Source of the DNA: Nitrososphaeria archaeon
GTDB taxonomy: Archaea > Thermoproteota > Nitrososphaeria > Geothermarchaeales > JDFR-13
Assembly (NCBI GenBank): GCA_027078545.1
Contig: JALWXN010000004.1
Span: forward strand, 142,737-206,736
Direction: 5' to 3'
Length of the DNA: 64,000 bases
Shown: positions 40,460-49,967 of the stretch, piece by piece
Position numbering within the stretch: the stretch's first letter is position 1
How the letters are laid out: every line of letters starts with the position of its first letter
Program-made: the position numbers and the translations under genes
Notes under the pieces: model-generated
Databases searched by the model: none
Told to the model about the DNA's origin: nothing
What the model saw: only the letters and a program-made list of their open reading frames with translations

Positions 40460-41860
40460 TCACTCTTCTACTCGGGTTATGGAGTTTCTTATTATCTTTA
40501 TAAGCTCATTATCCGTCACCCGTTCGTCTCTCAGGTTCTTGAAGTCGTATCTGGTGATGATCAGTTTGTTTATGCCTCTTCCATCTATTATGAATTCGAA
40601 CTCGAATTGGGGGTGGTCATCAAACACCTCGTTGAAGACCCCCTCTAGATAGGGATATATAAGAATAGTATTGGGTATAGGGGCTTTCCCATCATCCTTG
40701 CCCTCCAAGACCCTATTTACCTTATGAGCCAGCCTCGAGTAGACATACATCTGCCTGACATCATTAACATCTATCGGGATCTTGTCATACCCCTCCTTAT
40801 CCTGGTCCTTAGATCCCTTCAGCTCTTTGTACTTTACATCCACTACCAGTAGGATCCTACGGTTCTTGGATACCGTGATGTCCGGATACTGTGCAAAGAC
40901 TTCACTGTCCCTATTGATGCTCATGTCTCGTAACAGCTTACCGATGGGCCTTTGATGCACCACGTCATACCCAGTGAGCTCACGCTTCAGCAGTTGATAG
41001 ATGAATCGTTCGAAGAGATCGTTCATCTTGATGAAGAATCCATAGACCTCCCTGCCCCTCCCCACCTCTATCCTGTGGAGGAGTAGTCTCGCCAGATTGT
41101 ATGGCCTCCTAAACCTCTCATTTAACCTGTTGAAGACCGGTTCCCGATTAGTTGCTAACACCTTTGTATCCCTGTACATTGTTACTTCGCTCAACATATG
41201 TGATATCAGCTTTGCATAGGTCACCGTATCCCTATGTCTAGACATCTGTTCACATAGAGCGGCTGCCAGACGGAGAACCCTATTTAGTTCGTTATCCATG
41301 GACAGTGTATACTGCTCCTGTGTAAAGGTTATGAGCTGGTGTGGAAGCTTCCTAATCTGTCTAGAGACCAGTAGCTTCCCCCTAAGGAATGGCTCATCAT
41401 AAACCCTCCTAATGTATCTACGGTATACCCCGTTCTGAAGCTCCCTATAGAGCATGAACGTATATAGATACATTAGAACCTCGTGCAACGCCCTCTCAGA
41501 CACCCCTCTCTTCCTGAGCATAGCATGGGACTCCTTCAACTCCAGCTGTAGCGCTGTGTCGAGCATCCTAATGAACGCGATAGCCTCATCCTGTGTATCG
41601 AACAACCCTCTATCCCTAGCCCTCTTAAAAACCTTGGGGAATATGGTGAGGTTTATCCCATCTACATGTCCAAACCCGACATACTGGTTAGTATAGATGT
41701 TGACCTCTCCCCCCAGCCCAAGCTGGATCCTCAATATTCTCTCACGATTGATTACAACCCTCTCCTCTATCAGGGCTAACTCCCTCTCCGATACTCCTAG
41801 CTCCTCCTTCTTAAACGTAGCTCCTGGCTCGTAGATCGCTAAATCCTTAGCTCTCCTCAT
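40460..41860 (-). CDS. mcrC: McrC-like PD-(D/E)xK nuclease partner of McrB
   Basis: Start overlaps the mcrB stop; C-terminal 'YPDITVS...ILLVVDVKYKEL' D...D.K motif. Confidence 0.6.
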   Translation of the reverse strand: MRRAKDLAIYEPGATFKKEELGVSERELALIEERVVINRERILRIQLGLGGEVNIYTNQYVGFGHVDGINLTIFPKVFKRARDRGLFDTQDEAIAFIRMLDTALQLELKESHAMLRKRGVSERALHEVLMYLYTFMLYRELQNGVYRRYIRRVYDEPFLRGKLLVSRQIRKLPHQLITFTQEQYTLSMDNELNRVLRLAAALCEQMSRHRDTVTYAKLISHMLSEVTMYRDTKVLATNREPVFNRLNERFRRPYNLARLLLHRIEVGRGREVYGFFIKMNDLFERFIYQLLKRELTGYDVVHQRPIGKLLRDMSINRDSEVFAQYPDITVSKNRRILLVVDVKYKELKGSKDQDKEGYDKIPIDVNDVRQMYVYSRLAHKVNRVLEGKDDGKAPIPNTILIYPYLEGVFNEVFDDHPQFEFEFIIDGRGINKLIITRYDFKNLRDERVTDNELIKIIRNSITRVEE

Positions 41861-43845
41861 CAGCCCTCCTCTTCTTTTCTGGCCTGTGACGAGCCGCTAC
41901 CCTTCAACCTCTCCCGGAATTTTTCAAGACCTTCTATATTGTTGAGCTCTTCCATCCACTCTCTTGGATCCTTCAGATGGTACTTACCACCCCTTTCACT
42001 GAGGAAAACACTTGATAGGCCTCCCAATACAACGGCGAGGTCATCCCACCTATTATAGAAATACTCCTGTAAAAGAGGCATTATCCTATACACCCATACC
42101 TCTTTAAACGTCTCAAATGCATCATTTTCGTTTTTGGATCCAGCTAAGACCTCGAGGAAATAGCTATGCCCAATCCTATGATCCCTATCCAAGTAACTCT
42201 CAATTCTCTCGTTCAAAACCTCCAGGATCTCCTTCAGATGCTTTGCCAGCTCCTCCTTCTCCTCGCCAATCTTTCTAGCCACTTCTACCAGGGTATCGGG
42301 ATCGGGGGGTATCTCGAGGAATGCAAACCGTCTCCTCAATGCATAGTCGACAAGGGCGATACTCTTATCCGCAGTATTCATGGTACCGATAATATAGAGG
42401 TTTGGAGGAACCGCGAATAGCTCCTTTGAATAGGGCAGGGTTACCAACACGTAATTCTCTCCAAACAGCCTCTTATCCATCTCCAGGCAAGTAATCAACT
42501 CACCAAGTATCCTAGCCAAGTCACCCCTGTTTATCTCATCAATAACCAGATAGAACTTGCGAACAGACTCACCTGATTCGTCATATTTTTTCTTATACTC
42601 ATTAAGATCATCTGGGTTTTTAAGAATCTCACTAACGCCTTTCTTATAGCCTAGATCTTCAAGTAGGGCTTCTAAGGCCCTACGAGCCAGATCCTTAAAC
42701 ACACCATCCTCAACCTTATACATTATTCTACCCTTTTCATCGGTCACGGCTCTATAGCCCTCAACAAACTCCTCATAACTATATGATGGATGGAAAGTGA
42801 CAACCTCATAGAGATCTTTATTGCCACAAGTCACCCCATCCACGTATTTCAGAGCAAGAAAAGTCTTACCCGTACCAGGAGGACCATACAAAACAACCTG
42901 TCCATACATCTTTAGAAGATTATCAATATCTGAATATCTTTCCTCCTCTCTTAAGTTATCCTTCTCTTGATCATTATGGTTGCCATTGTGGTTACCCTCT
43001 TCCTTCGAGTGTTGGCCATTATTGTGTGTATAGAGATATATGAAACCAGAAAACCAAACAGTTTTGTATTTCACCCTACAAATCATATTTTTATTCAGTA
43101 TTTCGTTGAAATTCAAATAATGAATTTCCATAAGATATTTTCTCACATAAATTTCGGGTTCATTTTCAATTTCTTTCACCTTTGGAAGATGGTTACATGT
43201 TTTTGAAAAGGCTATGGCATTACTATCATATGGACAAAATATCTTCGGATTAATCAAAAATAATCCTTGAGTTAATTTTGGTACTCTTATCCCAGGTTCT
43301 GATCGTATTTCCTTAAATCTTTTAGAAAAGTAGCTTATGTCATTAACAAGATCCTCTATGGTATCATAATTACTTATTCTTTCCCCAAATTCCCATAACT
43401 TGGGGACGATGTCCTCGATGTTATTGCTATCGGGATCAAAGAAGAATCTTCGCTTTGGGGAGGGTTGTAATGGCTGCCCGGTTCCAACTGGTAAATCATA
43501 TTTTTTGCTAGTTCTTTTAATGCGTATCTCTTCTGGACGGATAGGTTTTTTACTTCTTCCTGCAGTATGGATAGAATAAATTATCGTAAATGGATCAATT
43601 AAATATTTTCCTTCTTTACTCTTAAACTTCTCCTTTTCCATTTTAATGCTTACTATTGATGTTAGTTCATCCACTAGTTCTTCATAAAACAATGCTTCTT
43701 CCTCGGGATCGGTCTTGACCTTCCTCCATTCGTCGAACAAATCTTTCCAGAACTCTAAGTATTTCTCGACCCAGTTATCATTATAACCTTTCATTAATGC
43801 CCTAATTTTTTGGTCGTGTTTCTTAATGCATTCCTCTAATGGCAT
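41860..43845 (-). CDS. mcrB: McrB-like AAA+ GTPase (type IV restriction) with novel ~300-aa N-terminal domain
   Basis: 'LYGPPGTGKTF', 'FHPSYSYEEFVEGYR', 'VIDEINRGD', 'IIGTMNTADKS...ALRRRFAF'. Confidence 0.85.
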   Translation of the reverse strand: MPLEECIKKHDQKIRALMKGYNDNWVEKYLEFWKDLFDEWRKVKTDPEEEALFYEELVDELTSIVSIKMEKEKFKSKEGKYLIDPFTIIYSIHTAGRSKKPIRPEEIRIKRTSKKYDLPVGTGQPLQPSPKRRFFFDPDSNNIEDIVPKLWEFGERISNYDTIEDLVNDISYFSKRFKEIRSEPGIRVPKLTQGLFLINPKIFCPYDSNAIAFSKTCNHLPKVKEIENEPEIYVRKYLMEIHYLNFNEILNKNMICRVKYKTVWFSGFIYLYTHNNGQHSKEEGNHNGNHNDQEKDNLREEERYSDIDNLLKMYGQVVLYGPPGTGKTFLALKYVDGVTCGNKDLYEVVTFHPSYSYEEFVEGYRAVTDEKGRIMYKVEDGVFKDLARRALEALLEDLGYKKGVSEILKNPDDLNEYKKKYDESGESVRKFYLVIDEINRGDLARILGELITCLEMDKRLFGENYVLVTLPYSKELFAVPPNLYIIGTMNTADKSIALVDYALRRRFAFLEIPPDPDTLVEVARKIGEEKEELAKHLKEILEVLNERIESYLDRDHRIGHSYFLEVLAGSKNENDAFETFKEVWVYRIMPLLQEYFYNRWDDLAVVLGGLSSVFLSERGGKYHLKDPREWMEELNNIEGLEKFRERLKGSGSSQARKEEEG

Positions 43846-44386
43846 CTTAAAATAAATTATAACACCCTATTTCCTTAAATAGATGTTTTAGGGTCTCTAA
43901 CAACTAGCTGATTATACAATAGTTTTCAGTTTTCACCGCTATTCTTAAGAAATGTTGCATGGGAGAAAAAATTCGCTATTAGTTCTTATGTTGAGTTGTT
44001 TAGTTGCTTTCTATAGACAGGATGTGGTTCAAGTGAGTATATGAGATCATCTTAATTTATATTTTATTGAATTAGTATGTTTAACTGATAACATTATATG
44101 TTTCATTTACTCAAATAGTTCTCGGAAGCTATTCATGGAGAATATCCATTATATCATCGTTTCTGTCATATATAGTCACTCGTTATATAGCGTGAGGTTG
44201 TCTTTATAACAACAGGTTAGAGATAACGGTCCTCCTGTTTTTGAATGTCTAGGAACTAGCTCTCAGCTTTGTAACACGTGTACCATACACAGATCTGGAG
44301 GGTGCATAGCATTAAGCAATGCATGTGGAGATTTCTAAGTCCGATGTAAGTTTTAAAAGTTTCTTGTGGGGTAGAATATTGGTGGG

Positions 44387-44543
44387 CCCCCCGTAGCTCA
44401 GTGGCTAGAGCGGCCGGCTGTAGCTGTCTCGGCCCACGGATGACTGGGCGTATGCCTTGGGTTGAGTCCGTGGCGGCCGGCGGAGACAGGGCGATGTCCC
44501 CTCCAGCGGCAGGTCGTGGGTTCAAATCCCACCGGGGGGACCA
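44387..44543 (+). tRNA. tRNA-Tyr(GUA) with C1-G72 and two introns (~52 nt after position 37 and ~29 nt in the variable/T-arm region)
   Basis: CCCCCCG/CGGGGGG acceptor with A73, D-arm GCTC-AGTGGCTA-GAGC, anticodon stem GCCGG...CCGGC enclosing CTGTAG, T-arm GTGGGTTCAAATCCCAC, CCA. Confidence 0.55.
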
Positions 44544-44630
44544 GGCCTCCTACTCCTCCCATGGATTAATAACCACGTTTGTGTAATCGATTATCCTATT
44601 ATGTATTCCTAGTATATCCGGTGGTGGGTA

Positions 44631-47039
44631 GTGTCTAGCCAGGTGGATTTCAGGCCGAGGCTTAGGGATAAGCGTTGGGACAAGTCTAGGGAGGAGGAGC
44701 TCCTTAGGAAGTGGGTGGAGGAGGGTCGGTACGAGTTTAGGCTGGATCCTTCTAAGCCAGTATTCTCTATAGATACTCCCCCGCCATATGCCAGTGGGAC
44801 GTGGCATGTGGCTGCTGCCGCCCACTATGTGCAGTTCGATGTGTTCGCTAGGTACTATATGATGAAGGGGTATAACGTCCTCTTCCCCATGGGGATCGAT
44901 AGGAATGGCCTCCCGGTCGAGATGAAGGTTGAGCAGGAGTATAGGGTCCGGGCGAGGGATGTGGAGAGATCCGAGTTTATAAGGCTCTGCCGAGAGCTCC
45001 TGGACAGGTATGAGAAGTATATCTTGGAGGTTATCCGTAGAACCGGTATGCTGGCCAACTATCTCGAGCCCTATAGGACTGATGCCCCCGACTATAGGGC
45101 GCTTACCCAGGCCACCTTCATAGAGCTGTGGAGGAGGGGTCTGATCTATGAGGATGACCGGCCCACTATATGGTGCCCCGTATGCTACACCCCCATAGCC
45201 GAGGCGGAGATCAACTATGTAAAGAGGATGGGTAAGCTGTACAAGGTGAGGTTCCCACTGAAGGACGGCTCAGGATACCTAGTCATAGCGACCACCAGGC
45301 CGGAGCTGATAGGCGCCACGGGCGCCGTCCTATTCCACCCTGACGACGAGAGGTATAAGAAGTATGAGGGTAGGGAGGTGGTTATCCCGCTCTATGGATA
45401 TACAGTCCCGGTGCTGGCCAACCCCATCGTGGATCCTGAGTATGGGACCGGCGTCATGATGCTCTCAAGCTATGGAGACCTGGACGATGTAAGGCTCTTC
45501 AGGGAGCTGGGCCTGAAGCCCAGGGTACTCATCACCCCTGACGGCAGGATGAACAGTCTGAGCGGTAGGTATGAGGGGATGTCCGTCGAGGAGGCTAGGG
45601 AGGCCATTGTGAAGGATCTTGAGAGGGAGGGCTATCTAGAGGGTGTGGAGGAGGTTGAGCAGAACGTACCCACATGCTGGAGGTCTAAGAATCCTGTCGA
45701 GTTCATAAATGTGAGGGCCTTCTACCTGAAGCAGCTGGAGTATAAGGATGCTATCCGGAGGATAGCCGATGAGATAGTCTTCTACCCCGAGTTCCATAAG
45801 CAGATCCTACTGAACTGGCTAGACTCGATCTCTATAGACTGGGCCATAAGTAGGGATAGGGTCTATGGGACCGAGATCCCTATCTGGTACTGTAAACGCT
45901 GTGGCCACCCGAATCTCCCGGAGCCTGGGAGGTACTACGTCCCCTGGAGGGATCCGCCCCCCTTCGATAAGTGTGAGAAGTGTGGGCACAACGAGTTTAG
46001 GGGTGAGGAGAGGACCTTCGACACCTGGATGGACTCCAGCATCTCCTGCCTCTACATAAGTGGATATATGAGGGATAGCCAGCTATTCGAGAAGGCCTTC
46101 CCAGTATCTGTCAGGCCCCAGGGAATCGACATAGTCAGGACGTGGCTCTACTACACCCTGCTCAGGGTCTACCAGCTCACCGGTAAGCCGGCCTTCAAAT
46201 ATGTGAGGCTCTCAGGGATGGGTCTCGACGAGAAGGGTAGGCCGATGAGTAAGAGCCTCGGCAACGTCGTGGAGCCCATACCCATACTGGATAAGTGGGG
46301 GGCCGACGTCTTCAGGCTATGGGCCTGTGGAGACACTAAGCTGGGCTACAACTACCGCTTCTCTGAGAATAGGCTCGTCCCGGCCCAGCAGTTCATAACC
46401 AAGCTGTGGAACATAGCCAGGTTCATATCCAACTTCCCCGACACTAGTGGGGAGCTCGGGGTGGACGGCCTGATAGAGGCTGACAAGCATATGATAGAGG
46501 CTCTGAACGAGGTTATCGACCTGGCTAATGAGGAGTACTCCAGGCTGGACAGCTTCGAGACGGTAACCAGGACTAGGCACTTCACCTGGGAGGTCTTCGC
46601 ATCCAACTATCTAGAGCTGGTTAAGAAGCGGGCCTACAACAGGGATGGTGAGTTCACCCTGGAGGAGCAGAGGTCTGCATGGGCAGCTCTACACATTGTC
46701 CTGAAGAATATCCTCCTGATCCTACACCCCGTGATACCCTTCGTGACCGACTATATATGGAGGGAGCTCTACGGCGCCTCTGCCCTCGACCAGCCCTTCC
46801 CCGAGAGGATGGATACCGGGCTTGGGAGGAGCCTTATACCCATGGTTATGGAGCTGAACTCGGCGATATGGAGGTATAAGGAGATGAATGGGCTGAAGAG
46901 AAAGGACCCGATATCCCTGGTGGCTATCCCTAGGGAGCTGGAGCCCTTCGCCAAGGATATCAAGGCTCTCCACAACATTGGCGAAGTGGTTATAGACGAC
47001 TCGATAAGGAGTGTAGAGGAGGTTAGGATAGAGAGGTAG
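44631..47039 (+). CDS. valS: class I aminoacyl-tRNA synthetase, most likely valyl-tRNA synthetase
   Basis: 'PPPYASG', editing-domain-like 'WCPVCYTPIAEAEI', KMSKS as 'MSKSLGN', C-terminal 'LHPVIPFVTDYIW'; the HIGH region is atypical (TWHVAAAAHY). Confidence 0.65.
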   Translation: MSSQVDFRPRLRDKRWDKSREEELLRKWVEEGRYEFRLDPSKPVFSIDTPPPYASGTWHVAAAAHYVQFDVFARYYMMKGYNVLFPMGIDRNGLPVEMKVEQEYRVRARDVERSEFIRLCRELLDRYEKYILEVIRRTGMLANYLEPYRTDAPDYRALTQATFIELWRRGLIYEDDRPTIWCPVCYTPIAEAEINYVKRMGKLYKVRFPLKDGSGYLVIATTRPELIGATGAVLFHPDDERYKKYEGREVVIPLYGYTVPVLANPIVDPEYGTGVMMLSSYGDLDDVRLFRELGLKPRVLITPDGRMNSLSGRYEGMSVEEAREAIVKDLEREGYLEGVEEVEQNVPTCWRSKNPVEFINVRAFYLKQLEYKDAIRRIADEIVFYPEFHKQILLNWLDSISIDWAISRDRVYGTEIPIWYCKRCGHPNLPEPGRYYVPWRDPPPFDKCEKCGHNEFRGEERTFDTWMDSSISCLYISGYMRDSQLFEKAFPVSVRPQGIDIVRTWLYYTLLRVYQLTGKPAFKYVRLSGMGLDEKGRPMSKSLGNVVEPIPILDKWGADVFRLWACGDTKLGYNYRFSENRLVPAQQFITKLWNIARFISNFPDTSGELGVDGLIEADKHMIEALNEVIDLANEEYSRLDSFETVTRTRHFTWEVFASNYLELVKKRAYNRDGEFTLEEQRSAWAALHIVLKNILLILHPVIPFVTDYIWRELYGASALDQPFPERMDTGLGRSLIPMVMELNSAIWRYKEMNGLKRKDPISLVAIPRELEPFAKDIKALHNIGEVVIDDSIRSVEEVRIER

Positions 47040-47045
47040 TGGGGC

Positions 47046-48314
47046 TCAGTAGCTCAGGGGGTATCTAAGCAGGGCTGCCACGCCTCCGAACTGGCTGAAG
47101 ATCTTGCCATGCTCCGTCTCGGGGGTTATCAGGACTACCTTGAACCCCATCTCCTCACCCTTATCGGCGAGGTAGTCTATCAACCCCTTCTCCTCAGCTA
47201 TGGACATCTCGGCGCCGCACTTGTCGCACTTGGGTGGGCGGTACTCAAGCTTCAATGCATCTGAGGGGTCGAGGATCAACTCCTTCTCATATCCACATTT
47301 TGGGCATCTAAGCCTTACATACCTCTTGTCGATATCCTCCATCACCAGTACCGTGTCTATGGCCCCGCTGTATATGTTCCTAACCACCTCGTCGATGCCG
47401 TAGAGAACCATGTTGTGCCTCTTGCTCAGCCTTGTTAGGAACTCGTCGACCAGCCTCTTCTCCCTGACATACTTCATCCCCGATAGGATGTCCCTAGCCC
47501 TGTCGAGGATCTCCCTGAGCCCCTCCTCCCCCGAGTAGTTCGTGTCTATGACAGCCACGATCTTGTTCTTGATCCTATAGTCTAGATCCGCCTCCTCGAT
47601 GAACTCGTTCTTAGTAAAGCCTGGCCCACCGACTATGACCCCCCTCAGCCGGGGATAGACATCATCCCTGAGGAACTCTTCATTCACGTGTTTAGCCACC
47701 CTGTCGAAGTATTGGTGGACAGCCATCTCCCTCAGCCGCTCGAACCTCCTGGCCGACTGGCCACCTGCCCTATGCTTACCGGGTATCCCAGAGGTGTATT
47801 TACCCAGCACCTTGATCCTACTCCCCTCCAGTAGGCCTATCGCCGCCTCGTTCACATCTATCGATATGAGGCCGAAGACCTCCTTCTCCCTGAGGGTCTC
47901 CTCTAGATACTCGGTGTGGAAATGGTCGTCACACCTGTAGAGGTTGACGTTCACCGGCTCGGGGGGCTCCACCACGTATATCTCCATCTTCTCAGTCCCC
48001 GGGCCCGATACGGGTATGGCTCCACAGAAGACTACGAGCCCGTTCTCAGGGGCCTCGTCATAGTACTTGAGCCTCTCAATAACCTTGGTTATAGCGTCCT
48101 TCACATGTTTACGGGTCGTGTCGGACTTTATGTTCTCGGCGGTGGCATACTCCTGCCTAAGATAGTTTATCACGTCGGACATCCTCTTCCTAGGAGGTAT
48201 GTATAGGGAGATAAGCTCGGTCCCCCTACCCTTCTTCCTCTTAATCTCCTCAATCATCTTCTTTATCCTATAACGCCTGAGATCCCGCTCCTCAACCTTC
48301 TCCTCTCTAGCCAT
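47046..48314 (-). CDS. prf1: peptide chain release factor aRF1
   Basis: 'GIPGKHRAGGQSARRFERLR' GGQ motif; NIKS-like region; start taken at MAREEKV rather than the 559-aa ORF. Confidence 0.85.
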   Translation of the reverse strand: MAREEKVEERDLRRYRIKKMIEEIKRKKGRGTELISLYIPPRKRMSDVINYLRQEYATAENIKSDTTRKHVKDAITKVIERLKYYDEAPENGLVVFCGAIPVSGPGTEKMEIYVVEPPEPVNVNLYRCDDHFHTEYLEETLREKEVFGLISIDVNEAAIGLLEGSRIKVLGKYTSGIPGKHRAGGQSARRFERLREMAVHQYFDRVAKHVNEEFLRDDVYPRLRGVIVGGPGFTKNEFIEEADLDYRIKNKIVAVIDTNYSGEEGLREILDRARDILSGMKYVREKRLVDEFLTRLSKRHNMVLYGIDEVVRNIYSGAIDTVLVMEDIDKRYVRLRCPKCGYEKELILDPSDALKLEYRPPKCDKCGAEMSIAEEKGLIDYLADKGEEMGFKVVLITPETEHGKIFSQFGGVAALLRYPLSY

Positions 48315-48354
48315 ACCAATTATATTTCGAGGCGGCCTCCATAATAACCTCTGG

Positions 48355-49044
48355 ATGGTCGGGATGGCCGGGTATGTAGTCAAGCTGACCGGCTCACTAT
48401 TCGAGGAGGAGAACTGGGAGACACTGGTATCGATAGCCGAGACAGCCCGCCTCGCCAGGGGTAGGGCGAGGCTACTCTTCGTATGTGGAGGTGGGAGGCT
48501 ACTTAGGAAGTGGCTATCCCTCCTGAGGAGGGAGGGCGGGGCGAGTGAATACGACCTGGACATGCTCGGCATAATGTTTACAAGGGTCAACGCAAGGATA
48601 TTCAGCCTCCTCCTCAAGCCCGAGTCGGAGGAGAGGATACCCGAGACCGTGGAGGAGGCGGTGATGCTGGCTCGGAACACTGATAGACACATCGTCATGG
48701 GAGGCGTATCCCCAGGCTTCTCCACAAACGCGGTGGCAGCCTTCCTAGCAAGGGAGCTGGGCTACAGCTTCATAAACATGACTGGCGCCGGAGGCGTATA
48801 TGACAAGGACCCCACGATACACAGCGACGCGAAGCTCTTGAGAAGGGTCGACACGGAGAAGCTGGCGGAGATACTGGGAGCAACATCCGAACATGCGGGG
48901 CACTACCCACTCCTCGACAAGACCTCCCTAGGGATAATAAGGAGGTACAGGGTCAAGACCTACATAATCCCACCCGACCCTGAATCCCTAGGAGACATAC
49001 TGAGCGGCAGAGAGCCGAGGAGGGGGAGCATAGTCACCCCATAA
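48355..49044 (+). CDS. pyrH: uridylate kinase (amino-acid kinase fold)
   Basis: 'LFVCGGG', 'GVSPGFSTNAVAAFLA', ~225 aa. Confidence 0.75.
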   Translation: MVGMAGYVVKLTGSLFEEENWETLVSIAETARLARGRARLLFVCGGGRLLRKWLSLLRREGGASEYDLDMLGIMFTRVNARIFSLLLKPESEERIPETVEEAVMLARNTDRHIVMGGVSPGFSTNAVAAFLARELGYSFINMTGAGGVYDKDPTIHSDAKLLRRVDTEKLAEILGATSEHAGHYPLLDKTSLGIIRRYRVKTYIIPPDPESLGDILSGREPRRGSIVTP

Positions 49045-49106
49045 GACGGGCCAAACGTTAATAAAAACCGGGGATCCAAATACCTATTGACAGCCCCACC
49101 ACCCGT

Positions 49107-49195
49107 GGAGGGGTTCCCCTAGCCTGGCCAACGGGGCGCGGTTCAGGCCCGCGTGGCGTAGGCCTTCGTGGGTTCAAATCCCACCCCCTCCACCA
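49107..49195 (+). tRNA. tRNA-Leu(CAG), intron-free
   Basis: Same acceptor and D-arm as the 5686 copy; anticodon arm CGCGG-TTCAGGC-CCGCG; long variable arm; CCA. Confidence 0.8.
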
Positions 49196-49380
49196 CCCCT
49201 ATCAACACTCCTAGACACCCAACCACCAACACAGTAAACCATTTACAGACACCAGACTTGCAAAGCTAGACTAAACAATTATTCACCACTTCGAATCCGA
49301 AATAGAAATTTTATATAAGAAGACTTAGGAAATAGCTTATATAGAAAAGAAATATGCTAGGTCAGTGAAGGTGGAACGAG

Positions 49381-49734
49381 ATGAAAATGTCTAGCCGGAA
49401 CTACAAGGTATTCGCGTTGATCCTGGGCAACGCCCTACTAGTCCTAGCAATATTCCTAGAAACCAGCTTCAGACCCGAAGCCGTCATAGTATTCTCATCA
49501 TACTTCGTAATATCATCCATACTATCCAGGTACATAGAAAGCCCTGGATCCCTATTCCACATCACAGTCTCCCTCCTCGTACTATCAATCGTAATATACA
49601 ACAGGCTCATCGGAGACACGAGAAACATACACATAGACATCGCAGTCTTATCAACATACATGGCAGTCACAACAGCAAGAGAAATATACCACGAAGCAAG
49701 GAAGAGACGGCAAACCAACAAACCAAAGCCATAA
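49381..49734 (+). CDS. small membrane protein (3 TM helices)
   Basis: Hydrophobic ORF. Confidence 0.35.
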   Translation: MKMSSRNYKVFALILGNALLVLAIFLETSFRPEAVIVFSSYFVISSILSRYIESPGSLFHITVSLLVLSIVIYNRLIGDTRNIHIDIAVLSTYMAVTTAREIYHEARKRRQTNKPKP

Positions 49735-49967
49735 AACCCCCGGCATAAATACCGAGGGACACCAAGCCACCCAAAAACATCAACAATACAGATAAACAAC
49801 ACCCTCCACCCTTGAGACAGGACAACCAATAGAGGATCGAGGCACGAATCCACAAAGCTGTTGATGGGTTGCTAGGATAATGGAAGCCGTCTGATGATTC
49901 GGTAGGGGGATTTTAGACAGGTTGTTAAATAAATAATGCCATTATAGTTATTTGGGGGCTAAAACCC

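Noticed and set aside
48315-48725. N-terminal 137-aa extension of the aRF1 ORF
   Set aside because: The sequence is Ser/Leu/Pro-rich and non-homologous, and an internal Met matches aRF1 N-termini.
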